DNA of 49,431 bases from the NCBI GenBank assembly GCA_002633005.1, contig NMRA01000349.1, forward strand, positions 434,522 through 483,952, written 5' to 3'. The notes beneath the pieces are model-generated. The model saw only the letters and a list, made by a program, of their open reading frames with translations. It was not told the DNA's origin and did not search any database. This document shows positions 1 to 12,800 of the stretch, one piece after another. Source of the stretch: Phoronis australis (taxonomy: Eukaryota > Animalia > Phoronida). The position numbers and the translations under genes are program-made. How positions within the stretch are numbered: position 1 is the first letter of the stretch; every line of letters starts with the position of its first letter.

Positions 1-869
1 GACAATGGGCGGCCGCTCTTCGGGGTCGTGACGCTCGCCATCGCCTGCTATGGTCCACTGGTCTTCTTGGCGACGAGGTGTACTTGAGGCCTCTAGAAGA
101 CGACAACGGCGAGTTCCTAGACCCTTGTTGATAAGGTCCCCTTCTGGCACGACTTCTACCACGACGACCCGTGGACCTGAGAGGCTGGTGCTGCTGAGGA
201 CAGGGACAGGGTACCCAAAAGGTCTACCACCTTGTGAGGTGGTCCCAAAACGCCACTCACGTGTTGATACCCTTACATTCTGCAATCAGTCTTAAGAACA
301 GTTCAATATCCGTGTCAGTCCTATCCTGTATAGACAATTTACTGGCTACATTTAAATTCGGGAGTTCCGTAGACAAGGCTTTAATTTTTCCGCTTCCAGA
401 AGTTTGAAATCATTTTGCAACTCGGGTAATTGACCGGTTTATATTTCTTCCCTCCGAACGTCTAAATCGCACTTTAAACAATCGAACTGAAATTATGGCA
501 ACTATAATGTTACTCCAACCTGACATCAAAATGTAGGGTGCTCTATAGACCAGTAACAATATAACAGCCCTACCCGGCTACCTGAATTGTCCACGTGGTG
601 ATTGATAAATAGAGAATCCTACACTCGTCTCAGGTTAGTGATATGGGCAAAACCTGATTAAAACTTCAAAAACATATTGCTATAAGTGGGACACCTTGGG
701 GATGCCTTCGATGTCTTTAATTCCATAACAAATACATCCTTAATCATTTTTTCGTGCAGTCCTTCGTCCAGTTGCCCGAATCGGCAGGTGGCTATTTTGC
801 GCGCGCCAGGAGATATGACGTTGGTGCACTTAACGAATTCTACATCAGATCATTGGATTACATTTGCAG

Positions 870-3800
870 ATCCATGTTCTGGATGCCGGATGTGGAACGG
901 GCAACTTTAGCGTAGAGTTATTACGGAAAGGCGTTGGCATGGTTACACTGTTCGACGCATCAGAGGGGATGCTTAAAGTTGCCAGACAAAAAGTGGCTAA
1001 GTTTGGGGAAGGTAAGTTCAGTAGCTGGGGCATTATTCCTTCATTATTAGAATGTAGCATATCGTTTGCTGTCCTTACATCAGGGATATACTTAGCCTTT
1101 CGTCCAGTCGCCAATACGACTAAAACGGTGTTGGGCAACTACAAGATCACTGGTCGCGCCGGTAACCTTACATGGCGAACGATTCAGAGCACAGCTGTAG
1201 AGTCCAAGTGAAACATATTTGTCTTCCGTGAGTTATTCCACAACTACTGGGCATCCCAGAATTTTGAAGTAGTGTTTTATACGGGATACTAAATACTTAG
1301 TGTACAACTCTACAACCACCGTCCGGCAAGATCCTATTCGGAAATTTTGATTTAAAGCCGCTTACCGCTAAAAAAAGGGGTGCGTTCTACATATCAAAAT
1401 TCTTGGGCGAATAGCGAGATCGCGCAAATGCACGCAAAATCACGCAAGTGAAAGGTAGTCGATTAGTGTTTTGTGAATATGCTCGATGCCGTGCTTGTAA
1501 AATGAAGGCTATTGAAGGGACGTTGCTATTGCAGTATTTACTGTTTTCTTTCTATTGCTTATAATTTTTCACTCCCTTGTGCATGTTCCGTAAAGGAGAG
1601 AACTTCTTAATCAATACGTGAACGCAAATAAGCAACGTCACACAAAACTTCGATAGATATCGCCCAGCATTGCAAGCAAATCACGTAACCACAGTAGTTT
1701 TACTGGCGAGATTTTTGCGTCCACGAAACTGAACCCCTGGTCTTAGCTTGCCGTTTGCTCAGATGCGTGAAGTAATAACTTGGCTAGAAAAGGACTGACA
1801 CTTCGTTATTGCTTGAGATCATCTCGGCTTATAAAACGACCAGGCTAGTGACAAGCCAACGAGATGATCTTGTTCTCAAACAATCAGACTATTCTGAATA
1901 AGGAACAAGTAGAGAGTAGGTTTAGAGAATTAAGTTAAGCACATTTACTGCTACAAAACATAAGAATGAACCAAAGATGGCTTTTTTGACGGAAGGCTGG
2001 GTTGTATAGCAGCTTGAAAAGAAACAATGCGATACATTTTGCAACCGTTTGTCCGTATTAGCTAGTAATTAACATTCGACACAAATTACTGAGATTGTTT
2101 CGTTACAGAACGGTTTCAGATTGTTCACTCGAGCCTCCCAGATCTTCCATTTGGTGGCGACATTTACGACGCCGTGATGTTCAATTTTGTCTTGCACCAT
2201 CTTGAAGATGGTTGCGACAAAACATTCCAAAACCACGTGAAAGCTTTTACGGTAGGTAAAATAATATCCGTCGACGAATTTCATTAACATTTGTCTTAAA
2301 ACGGCCACACTTTGACATATTTAATTTAGAATGAAGCTATGGTTTTCACGCAACTGTTTGAACTAGAAACAATTTCGTACGGACATTCCAATTTGTTTTG
2401 AACAATCGAATCCTTTGTTACATACAGGAATCTTACCGAGTTCTCAAACCAGGAGGTTTGCTGCTTGTACAGACCCTCTCGCACTTTCAGTTGCGTGAAT
2501 GTTTATGGTGGAATGCTTTCGTTCCACTGAGAGCACTTGACGCGATGGCAGACCGCTATATGCTTCCTGAAGAGGTTCAAACTAGTCTCAAGGTAATGTA
2601 ATTCCACCCGGCGTCAATATCAGCGGCGATTTTTTTATGTCAAACGCATTTTGATCAACAGTATACCAACGTTATAACATGAAACATGATGGGTTCAGAT
2701 TGGATGGGTAACTACAAACAAGCTTTCGATTTTGGCGCTGTTAACTATTTGAAGGCCTTTTGATCAACAAAGAATGTTTTATTTTCTAAAAATATCATGA
2801 ACCTTTCCAGCCGATTTCTATAACAATGACAATAATATTAAATTTCTGTTCCTCAAACCGGAAGTAGTTTAGCTCACAGCAAGTTTCGTCATGTTCCTCG
2901 CTTTTCACCCTTTCCGTGGGAGCTTTTCAGCTCTGATATCTGTTCGCCATTGCCGAAACGCTCGCAGACGTGTAGTCCCAGCCTCATTACATGTGCTTAT
3001 CAACTTGCGTTTGACCTGAGCAATGTGGCCAGATACAGACAATGAAACCAATATAACTGGCTTGTAACCGGTCAAACGTTGGTTTTACGTCACCTTACGT
3101 GTCCTTGTTTTTTATTGCTGTGGGGCAGCGTTCCATGGAGCAAATAGAGTTCATTAATTTTTTTAACGGAAAGATTCACCGATGCTATAATAAAGTTGGT
3201 TTTAATCCAATTTAGCGCTGCGTGGTCATCAGTATTGTTTTTACAAAAATTGATGTAAAAGATTTGATAACTGAAAATTCTACGCACTTACTTGTCAGGG
3301 TATACAAAAGAATCCAAAATATCAAAAATTGCTTTCATATTGCTAACATTCCTTCTTAAAAGCAAATCAACTAGTAATATGTATCAATGCCATTTTACAC
3401 GCCGTCAAACAAATACTGCCATTTCAACTGTACAGCCTAAGTCAGAACATTGCGTTTTAACTTCAAAAATTTACAAGTAATTTATGTTCCTATTTACAAA
3501 CTTACAGAGCTACTAATTATTGCAACATTACTGTCTCGAGCTTTATGTTTCATTTTCTGCTGAAAAATATTGGTTTCTGTTTCAGGACTTATGGTTTGGT
3601 ATGAGTTTTAAAAGTGTTTTATTTTGGTCAGTTGTAGAACTGCCATTTAGACATTGCTTGTCGTTGAACAAAAGCCATTTCTCAACCTCAATCATTTGCT
3701 AGTGGTGCATTTTGTTGGTCTTTCTGCAATTTTTTCTACCTGTGTAAAGAAATTCAGCAAAACTCGACGCTAGAATCTATCTTTACATTGAATTTTTGAT

Positions 3801-5252
3801 TGGGCGATGAAACAGTACCCGTTTGTGCGTGGTGACTGCGATCAGGAACTTTACGTTTGTTTCTGCTGCTCTGTACCAAGAGGTTTCTTTTCATGGGAAT
3901 GCAAAAGACAGAAATTTGGATTTACGCTCAAAGTTTACAATTTCCAAGAAAAGGTTTAGTCCTGTAATTAGAAGCACGTCACTACCTGGATATATTTTAT
4001 TTGTTTGTTCAGTATTTAGCAGTTGTGTTAAAATTCTTAGATACTTTGTTCATGTGCTAAACCGACTTTTAATATTTTTTCAGAAATAGTTATGTGGAGC
4101 GTCAGACCAAATTTCTGTCTTGAGTCTGAAGGCACTGTCGATCTGATCTACACATTCGAAACTGGATTTTTTTTTACTGCCACTTTTCTTTTCTTTAATT
4201 TACTTTATTTCGGAGCAGCCTGTTCAGTTGACAATACATATTAGACTGAGGGGGCATTATCGGGGAGCAAAAAATTTTCTACAACCGCCAAAATTGCAAT
4301 ATAACGCTCTGTTGGCGTAGTTAAATCCCACTCGATAAGTGACAGGGTATTCTAAGCGCATTTTACCGACCCGTTTTAATTTCACCGACCTTGATTCCAT
4401 CGTATGTCTGGCAGACTGTCGATGTGTTATAAGGTCACAAAAAAACAACATGGTTTGTTGTTTCTTAAGTCTAGTCAAGGGTAGTAATCGTAAAAAATGC
4501 ATTTGGACTCTATAATCGAAAGTATCCCTTTAAACGTCGCTTTCTTCTATTGCAGTAGTCAAAATGTAACATGTGGATACCAGAATGAAACGTTTATTTT
4601 CCAGGACATTGGCTTTGTTCAATCGCTTCGCTACAGCACAATTGACCAGTTGTTCCTCAGTAAAGACGCGCACCTGGATTTTAACGGGATACTACGAAAA
4701 GTAGGTTTCGTTCTTTGACTACACAGTGATTATTGTTATTTGTTGGGTCTCCATTTGTCTTGATCCTAAGTGAATGTCGCATCGCCAGAATAATTACATA
4801 CTCTCGCAAATAAATGTATTTTGACATAGAATAATATTTTTAACTTAAGAAACGTAATATCCTGTAAAATGATATAGTATATATTGGGTGTGTACATAAT
4901 ATTATGTACATAAATAAACAATGTATAACTGGTACTGTATGCAATATTTCTACTTTCATATTCAATTAATTTAATTTTGACTACTACTGATTATCTTCAG
5001 GCCAACAATTCAAGTGTGGTAACTTATCCCGTTCTCAGTTGATTTGTGTGCAATAGGTGTCTTCTGTTTCAGGACTGGCGAGATATGCATTCAGGATTTT
5101 CGTTATGTACTCCAGAGGAAATAGACGATATGGTGAAGAAAGTGTCGGACATGATGAAGGACGGAACGTTTTATAAAGTCTTCGACAAACAAGAGGAAAA
5201 CAGGCGCAATGCCGGAGCTGTTACAATTTTGATTGCCATGAAGCCTCATTAA
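870..5252 (+). CDS. Class I SAM-dependent methyltransferase, copy 1 (5'-partial; exons 870-1011, 2109-2251, 2428-2592, 4605-4700, 5073-5252)
   Basis: All exons are bounded by AG/GT and phases are compatible. Motif I VLDAGCGTG, post-I FDASEGML, LPFGGDIYDAV, VLHHL and RVLKPGG are present; stop TAA at 5250-5252. Exon 1 lies upstream of the window. Confidence 0.92.
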
Positions 5253-5780
5253 TACACGAAAATGATTACAAAGTTATGTTTTGTCTTTTGAGCACAACAA
5301 TTCAAACCTGTCAATAGTTAGGGTACCAGGTAATCATATGTGCAAGTCGGATCATTTTCGTACGTGCATGTACGATCCGCAAGAGGAAAAATTATGTAAA
5401 TGTAAAAGTTTTTTTTTGCTACACAAATAAATGACAATACATTAAATACAAATATTTAGCCCAGAAAGGCAATCATTATATCCAGGTTCGGGGGAGGCAA
5501 AAACACTGCTGATGTTGGAAAGATGTTATTGTCGTTGAAGAAAATAGTCCCATACAAATAAATTGAAATTCAATTTTATACGCAAACAATACAATGCAAT
5601 ACAATACAATTATTACAATCAGGCAATTATACAATCTTACAATAGGTTAACTCCTTTTAACTTATCAGTTAACTAGACAATCATGTACCAAAAGCACAAA
5701 TTAAGGAACGCATCAAGATTGAGTCATGACGCCGTCAGTAAGTGTAACGATCTGTACTTCTTTCTTATAGTGTGTGTATG

Positions 5781-5998
5781 CATGGGCGGCGCACCATAGG
5801 GGGCGGGGGGGGGCTATAGCCCCAACTTTTTTCAACGCTACGCCGCACATGGTCTAAAGGCGATGCACAGCAGGGGGATGAGGGGGCTTTAGCACCCCAC
5901 TTTTTTCAATGCTACGCCGCACATGGTCTATAGGCGATGCACCACAGGGGGCTGAGGGGTCTTTAGCCCCCTACTTTTTCAGTGCTGTGCCGCCCATG
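5781..5998. mobile_element. MITE-like element with internal ~70-bp tandem repeats
   Basis: Terminal inverted repeats CATGGGCGGC...GCCGCCCATG. Absent from the paralogous site near 18430. Related left ends occur at 20402 and 49367. Confidence 0.7.
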
Positions 5999-7841
5999 AC
6001 ATGTTCTTGCAGAACGAAATACGCTTCCATGCACTATCCAAAATCTATCATTCGGCGACGTTTTGTAATGGTCTCCCATGGCTTTTTTGCTTCCTTGACG
6101 GCTTATGATTTTACCGTAATGAAGTCTGCGTTTGGGGCCTCCTGTTCCTCTCAGGGAACTATTGTATTTTATATATTTTTTGGTTACAACGATAGTTTTA
6201 CGACTTGCGAAATATGTTTGCATTGTCAGTTGTACTAATGAATAAGTTGATTTTCGCACTACGACATGCATGGTCAAGAGGTAATGACTTTCAAGTAGAA
6301 CTTGTTAGGCACTGATTTCAGACACACTGTCATGGTTACGACATAATCGCTCTTTTATCAACAATATGGAGAAAATTGAAGAGTCGTGTGATAAGTGAGT
6401 TCCTACGTATTTTATTCTTTCGGCGCTTAGTGGCCTACTGTTTATAGTGAGTTTCGTTGATTTAGGTTACATCAGCAGGCTGTGCCTGAGACGCATAATA
6501 ACTGAAAACGACATTACATGTAGTCTACTTAATTGCATAGAGTATTTCACCTGTTAACACTGACAATGTAGTTAGGCTCACAAAAGTTTTCACCGTGAGA
6601 TTCAAAATTTTACAAAGAGTATATCCTTTCCCACTACAAAAATCTGAGGAATTGTTTTAGTATCTGTGTTAATTAAAGCTTTTTGGTATCCACACATCTT
6701 TGAATACGTGGTATCTCCTAATATATTTCAAGTTCATACGGTTAAAATGCAGCTGGCCACGAATCCTTGCACAAAGGTTGAGTTTATGGAATTAACCCTT
6801 ACAGAAGGGTTGTGCTGTTAAGCCTTGATGTCACAACAAGTTAAGCTCTCAAAATAGAGAGTAACAGAGTACGATGATGATTTCCGTTGTCGGCCATTTT
6901 TATGTTTTGACAGAAACACGGCTCTTCCATCCATCCACATTTAAAGGCAAAACTTCATGTTCTGACTTAGAGAAAGTATAGTGTGTGACTCTACAATTTC
7001 ACCATTTATGGAAGGGGTAATCGCACTTCGCATAGAGCTTGTAGAGGAAAATTATCCAGTCGTCCTTTGCTGTCGCGTTAGCACGGCAACTGTTGCCGCG
7101 GATATCTCCGAATCATTTAATGCGGGTAACTAGCCATACCACCTAAGTTCAACTTTCGGTTGGAGATTCCACTTGAATCAACCTGCGGCAATACCCACTG
7201 ACACAGCGCCACCTTTCTGAATAGTGGCCCTACCTTTCGTAGCACTGTGAAAGAGTGTACCTGAGGCAATTACTGTTCTACTGCAGGAGACGTTTTGAAC
7301 TCATAAAAATGCGTCCGAACATTGAAACTGTAGAATCCCTGGTGGAAAATGTGAAGCCAGTGTTAATTCATATTTATTTTCATAATACAGATATCCACAC
7401 CCCTTGCAGTGAAATTTCGTAATTAAATAGACAGTTCATGACCAAATTCCGACATTCACTTCACCGGATGTTCGTGCTTTGTGCAAGCATGGTTTAAAAT
7501 TACCAGCTAGCAACCAATGGAAAGCGTCCTTATTAACGAGGACGAGTGAATATTCGTTAGAACCAATAAGACAACTCAGGGTTTTCGGTTATTTTTGATG
7601 TAAGGGGTTCCAGAAATGGGAAATCAGTCGATAGATTTTGCACTAATTCTTTCAGAACATGGGATATTGTCAAATATTTTCCGTTTTGATTACCCGCGCA
7701 TGGATTACATCGATGGCCAACAAGAGTTCGAGAATTTTGTTTGAACTTTTCGTAATTCGTTTAAATAATAAACTTACTGTATATTTTGCTATCGAAAAGG
7801 GGGTCCGGACCCCTTTGACCAACTGGATCAGCCTATGGGGA

Positions 7842-9835
7842 ATGTAAACATAATCTGATAGCAACATGGTACAATCAAACACATACAATTAAATAGATGG
7901 TTGTAAGGAAGGAGAACGTAAGACTCTCACCAGAACACTTCAGACTTCTGCAAGTGGCCAGAGTTAGGACCATGGAACCAGTATGTTAGAACTGCAACAG
8001 AAGATGTCTGACAGTGTTCATGCAGTTTGGCATTGAACATAAAAATGAGATTCCTGGCTTTTATTTTTTTAATTTTATATATACATGAGTTGTTAAGCGT
8101 GAGAAATTGATTAAAATTTACACTGTTTTAGTAAAATATGGCTTGCTTTAGTACAGGGCCTTTTTTAAGAACGTGATTATTTGATAAAACTTGCAAAGTT
8201 TCTTACTACTCCATGCAAATGCTATCTAGAGATTCAGCAGAATTTCAAGCTCAAGCACAGGAGGTCAACGCATAATGTGATATCTCCAATGACCTTCGAC
8301 CCTGATAAGCTTCTGTTACAGGGTCATTGATTCGGAACTCCGGTACTTCTAACCTGTTGCCAAGGCTCACACTCTGACGGCACGGATAGCGTGTTCAGCC
8401 AATCTAAGGGTCTGTGCTGGAGCTAAGGGTATTTTGGAAGCCTCAATTTTACCAAATTCAGAAAAACACGCGGTGTTTTGCAAGGCTTTGTGTGTAGATC
8501 TGGGGCGAGTGTAAAATTTCTACGCCCGACCAGATCGACCTTCGAATTCTCATCACCACTGCACCAATATGAGTACGTACGAGACTTACAATGAAGTTTG
8601 CTCCAAATACGACATTGGACGACAAGCTGTTGGAACGGAACTGTACACCAGTTTTCTGTCAAGCCTCAAACAGCCATTGGATCGGGTATGTGGTATGCTA
8701 AGGAATTCCAACTATGCGCTAGGGGAGGCGCTGTACGTCTTTACTATATGGTTGTGCAGTTGTATAACCGAAATACGCGTTGTTGCGTCGGTACGTTGAA
8801 TACGCAATGTTATAGCCTTCGGGNATGTAAACATAACCTGATAGCAACATGGTATAATCAAACACATACAGTTAAATAGATGGTTGTAAGGAAGGAGAAC
8901 GCAAGACTCTCACCGGCCAGAACACTTCAGACTTCTGCAAGTGGCCAGAGTTAGCACCATGGAACCAGTATGGAAGGACTGCAACAGAAGATGTCTGACA
9001 GTGTTCATGCAGTTTGGCATTGAACATAAAAATGAGATTCCTGGCTTTTATTTTTTTTATTTTATATATACATGAGTTGTTAAGCGTGAGAAATTGATTA
9101 AAATTTACACTGTTTTAGTAAAATATGGCTTGCTTTAGTACAGGGCCTTTTTTAAGAACGTGATTATTTGATAAAACTTGCCAAGTTTCTTACTACTCCA
9201 CGCAAATGCTATCTTGAGATTCAGCAGAATTTCAAGATCAAGCATAGGAGGTCAACGTATAATGTGATATCTCTAATGACCTTCGACCCTGATAAGCTTC
9301 TGTTGCAGGGTCATTGATTCGGAACTCCGGTACTTCTAACCTGTTGCCAAGGCTCACACTCTGTAGGCACGGATAGCGTGTTCAGCCAATCTAGAGGGTC
9401 TGTGCTGGAGCTAAGGGTATTTTGGAAGCCTCAATTTTACCAAATTCAGAAAAACACGCGGTGTTTTGCAAGGCTTTGTGTGTAGATCTGGGGCGAGTGT
9501 AAAATCTCTACGCCCCCTCAGTTTGACTGTAGCGTATCCGACCAGATCGACCTTCGAATTCTCATCACCACTGCACCAATATGAGTACGTACGAGACTTA
9601 CAATGAAGTTTGCTCCAAATACGACATTGGACGACAAGCTGTTGGAACGGAACTGTACACCAGTTTTCTGTCAAGCCTCAAACAGCCATTGGATCGGGTA
9701 TGTGGTATGCTAAGGAATTCCAACTATGCGCTAGGGGAGGCGCTGTACGTCTTTACTATATGGTTGTGCAGTTGTATAACCGAAATACGCGTTGTTGCGT
9801 CGGTACGTTGAATACGCAATGTTATAGCCTTCGGG
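7842..9835 (+). repeat. Tandem ~1 kb duplication joined at a single N (7842-8823 / 8825-9835)
   Basis: Both units start ATGTAAACATAA and end TATAGCCTTCGGG; they differ by SNPs and small indels. Confidence 0.9.
8569..8685 (+). other. Second identical copy of methyltransferase copy-2 exon 1 (probable haplotype duplicate)
   Basis: Same 39 codons and GTATGT donor as 9581-9697, inside a ~1 kb duplicated block that ends at the N at 8824. Confidence 0.7.
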
Positions 9836-12800
9836 TAACTTCGACGAACCCCTGGCATCACTGAGTTGCACGCGGATAACTAATTTTCTCCTTCAAATAC
9901 ATGTTTAGTTCAATTAAAATCATATACGTTCACTCAGTGATCAGGGATATAACTTGTAGTGTGCTCTCTATATATATCAGTACTCTGGTAACAATATCAA
10001 TCTGTATGACCAGGATCTCTACGTGGCGGTTCATAAAGATATTTACTTCACTTTACAAGTATTAAGGTCACCCTCACAATAGATAGCAACAGCGGTCATC
10101 TTAAAATAGATCACAACAGCGTGGTCACCTCACAATAGAACGCCACAACAGGTCGAATCTAGGCGTCTCGACTTGTGCGCAGGAGTGACACAGCAGCGAC
10201 GGAAGTCTCAGCCGCACACCATGGCACTCTCCGCAAACCAAGCAGCACTCCGTGACTCTCCGACAGTTAGCGTCAATCCACGTCAAGACGACGATCGTGT
10301 GCCAATCGTCACACAACATTCCTCCCCGTTTAATTTCAAGGTTTCACGCCCAAATTCAAAGAACAATAACACCAAAGTGGGAAACTATATCCTCAAGATG
10401 TACACCAGTAGCCAATTGACTCAAATTTTAACTTTTTTTCCGAGTTTTTTCCATTACTACAGGCTTAACGTACACGTCAGAACTGGAAACTGAAAAATAC
10501 AAATGCAAATTTAAGTCATGAATTCGCTGTCTCGCGTTCCTCTCCCAAAATTAAACAGCGAATAATATCGTGCTAAACTCCCGGAACTCGATTGACTCAT
10601 CCTTATTCGTATTCAAACGACTCTTTGAAATTCCTCGAGGGTTATCTCTGACATTACGGCGTTTTCCCGTTGCTCCCAACTTGTTCGATTCTAGAGCTCA
10701 ACAACAAGTTGGGAAGTTTACACCTGTAGCCAATATCTTACACGACTGATTAACTCCATTCTGGCATACATGGTTGGAGGGCCAGCTCTCTTTTGTTCCA
10801 TAATTGCCGCTCTAATCTTCAAAAAGATTAGAGCGGCAATTGGATTCTAGCCTGATAGGGCTGTTAAAAATAAAATTTAAGTTATAACATATCTGAACAT
10901 AAATCAATAGCATTTCTGACATCCTCGTCTAATGGTGATCATGTTTAGTTTTTGAATCGTCAAATTCACCCAACTGCAACCGAAGTTACGATAATCTATA
11001 TTCTTTCTGAATAAAACAATCCGCTCTGGGTTTTACGATGTTCACACGTGGTCTGTTATAAGCCTGGTAGATAATTGGCCTGCCTGTTGTCATAACATAC
11101 AAAAGACTTTGCTTGGCAGTTAACAAAGAAGCTAGATCTTATCACACGCTCACAACCCTTTACGTCTGGTAAAGTCACTAACGGGAAAACGCTGTAATGA
11201 ATTCCGGAGTGGCCACATACTCCAGCTCATTCACCGACTCAGAGTAGAGAACGTGACGCAACTGACAGTCTGAGGGCGACTATTCGGAAAATCAATTTCC
11301 ACCATGAGATTGGCCGGATTTGCACGAATTCTCTCCGCCGATCATGCTTGGATGACTGCCATAACTACAGCCTGTTACTGAGAAGTACGTGTTTGGAAAT
11401 TGAGCTGACCACTTTTTTACATCGATCGGAGCCGCCACGGGAACGCATGTAATTCAGGGTTTCAATAACCCGAACAAGTTTTCTAGGGTTGTTCCAGGAC
11501 GTTCCCTAGTATGAAATACCACTGGTCGTCCCCGACGAGCATTGGAAGTTCCCTCCCACCAAAGTATCCTTCAGCAATTGAACTTCAGCTGATAGTCACT
11601 CACTTCTGCCTACCCTACCTGGATATGGACCAGTGAAGTCTATGGTAGTCCCGCCCCTGCAGAGCACTTACCACCCTATCAGGATCCAGCAGAACTAACC
11701 CATCACGTCATCCCGTAGTTCTGCATAGTTCGTGGATTCACATGCTTTGTTTGGAACCCGACTGCAATTTTGTGGGTTCGAGAGACGACTCACCAGTTCC
11801 CAGGATTTTTGATCGCAATACACAGCAATACCTGGCCAGCAATGACTTTTAGAGAAGTCAAAACATCACCAGACTTCGCCAAGTCTCCACAGATCCGTGA
11901 TGTCTGCCGGTCACGACTATGTTTGGCCTGTCTGGCTTCCCAAGATCGACTATGGTTGGGTGGCCTCAAGGGTGACAGCTGCAGTGTTCGACTATGGTCG
12001 GATTCCCATCTCTACGACACCTGCTGCGCCTGACGGGTCAGCCACTCTTCGGTGTAAAGGCGGTTGCTCGCGCCGATTATGGTCGGTCGAGGTTCTGGTA
12101 CCAAAATGGGTCGGCTCCGACAATGGGCGGCCGCTCTTCGGGGTCGTGACGCTCGCCATCGCCTGCTATGGCCCACTGGTCTTCTTGGCGACGAGGTGTA
12201 CTTGGGGCCTCTAGAAGACGACAACAGCGAGTTCCTAGACCCTTGTTGATAAGGTCCCCTTCTGGCACGACTTCTACCACGACGACCTGTGGACCTGAGA
12301 GGCTGGTGCTGCTGAGGACAGGGACAGGGTACCCAAAAGGTCTACCACCTTGTGAGGTGGTCCCAAAACGCCACTCACGTGTTGATACCCTTACATTCTG
12401 CAATCAGTCTTAAGAACAGTTCAATATCCGTGTCAGTCCTATCCTGTATAGACAATTTACTGGCTACATTTAAATTCAGGAAGAGCCACAGGCTCTTCCT
12501 GAGGTTCCGTAGACAAGGCTTTAATTTTTCCGCTTCCAGAAGTTTGAAATCATTTTGCAACTCGGGTAATTGACCGTTTTATATTTCTTCCCTCCGAACG
12601 TCTAAATCGCACTTTAAACAATCGAACTGAAATTATGGCAACTATAATGTTACTCCAACCTGACATCAAAATGTAGGGTGCTCTATAGACCAGTAACAAT
12701 ATAACAGCCCTACCCGGCTACCTGAATTGTCCACGTGGTGATTGATAAATAGAGAATCCTACACTCGTCTCAGGTTAGTGATATGGGCAAAACCTGATTA

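Larger units (their letters stand above)
1..7784 (+). repeat. Segmental duplication unit A (paralogous to 12119-20154)
   Basis: Exons, introns and downstream DNA are collinear. Position 1 aligns to 12119, and similarity ends at AAATAATAAACTTACTGTATAT (7784/20154). Confidence 0.9.

Noticed and set aside
50-295. 81-aa + strand ORF and its twin at 12168-12413
   Set aside because: Antisense shadow of the decayed intronic element; duplication explains the twin, and there are no domain motifs.
10066-10155. Three ~28-bp repeats that might suggest a CRISPR-like array
   Set aside because: Diverged head-to-tail units with no spacers, in an animal intron.
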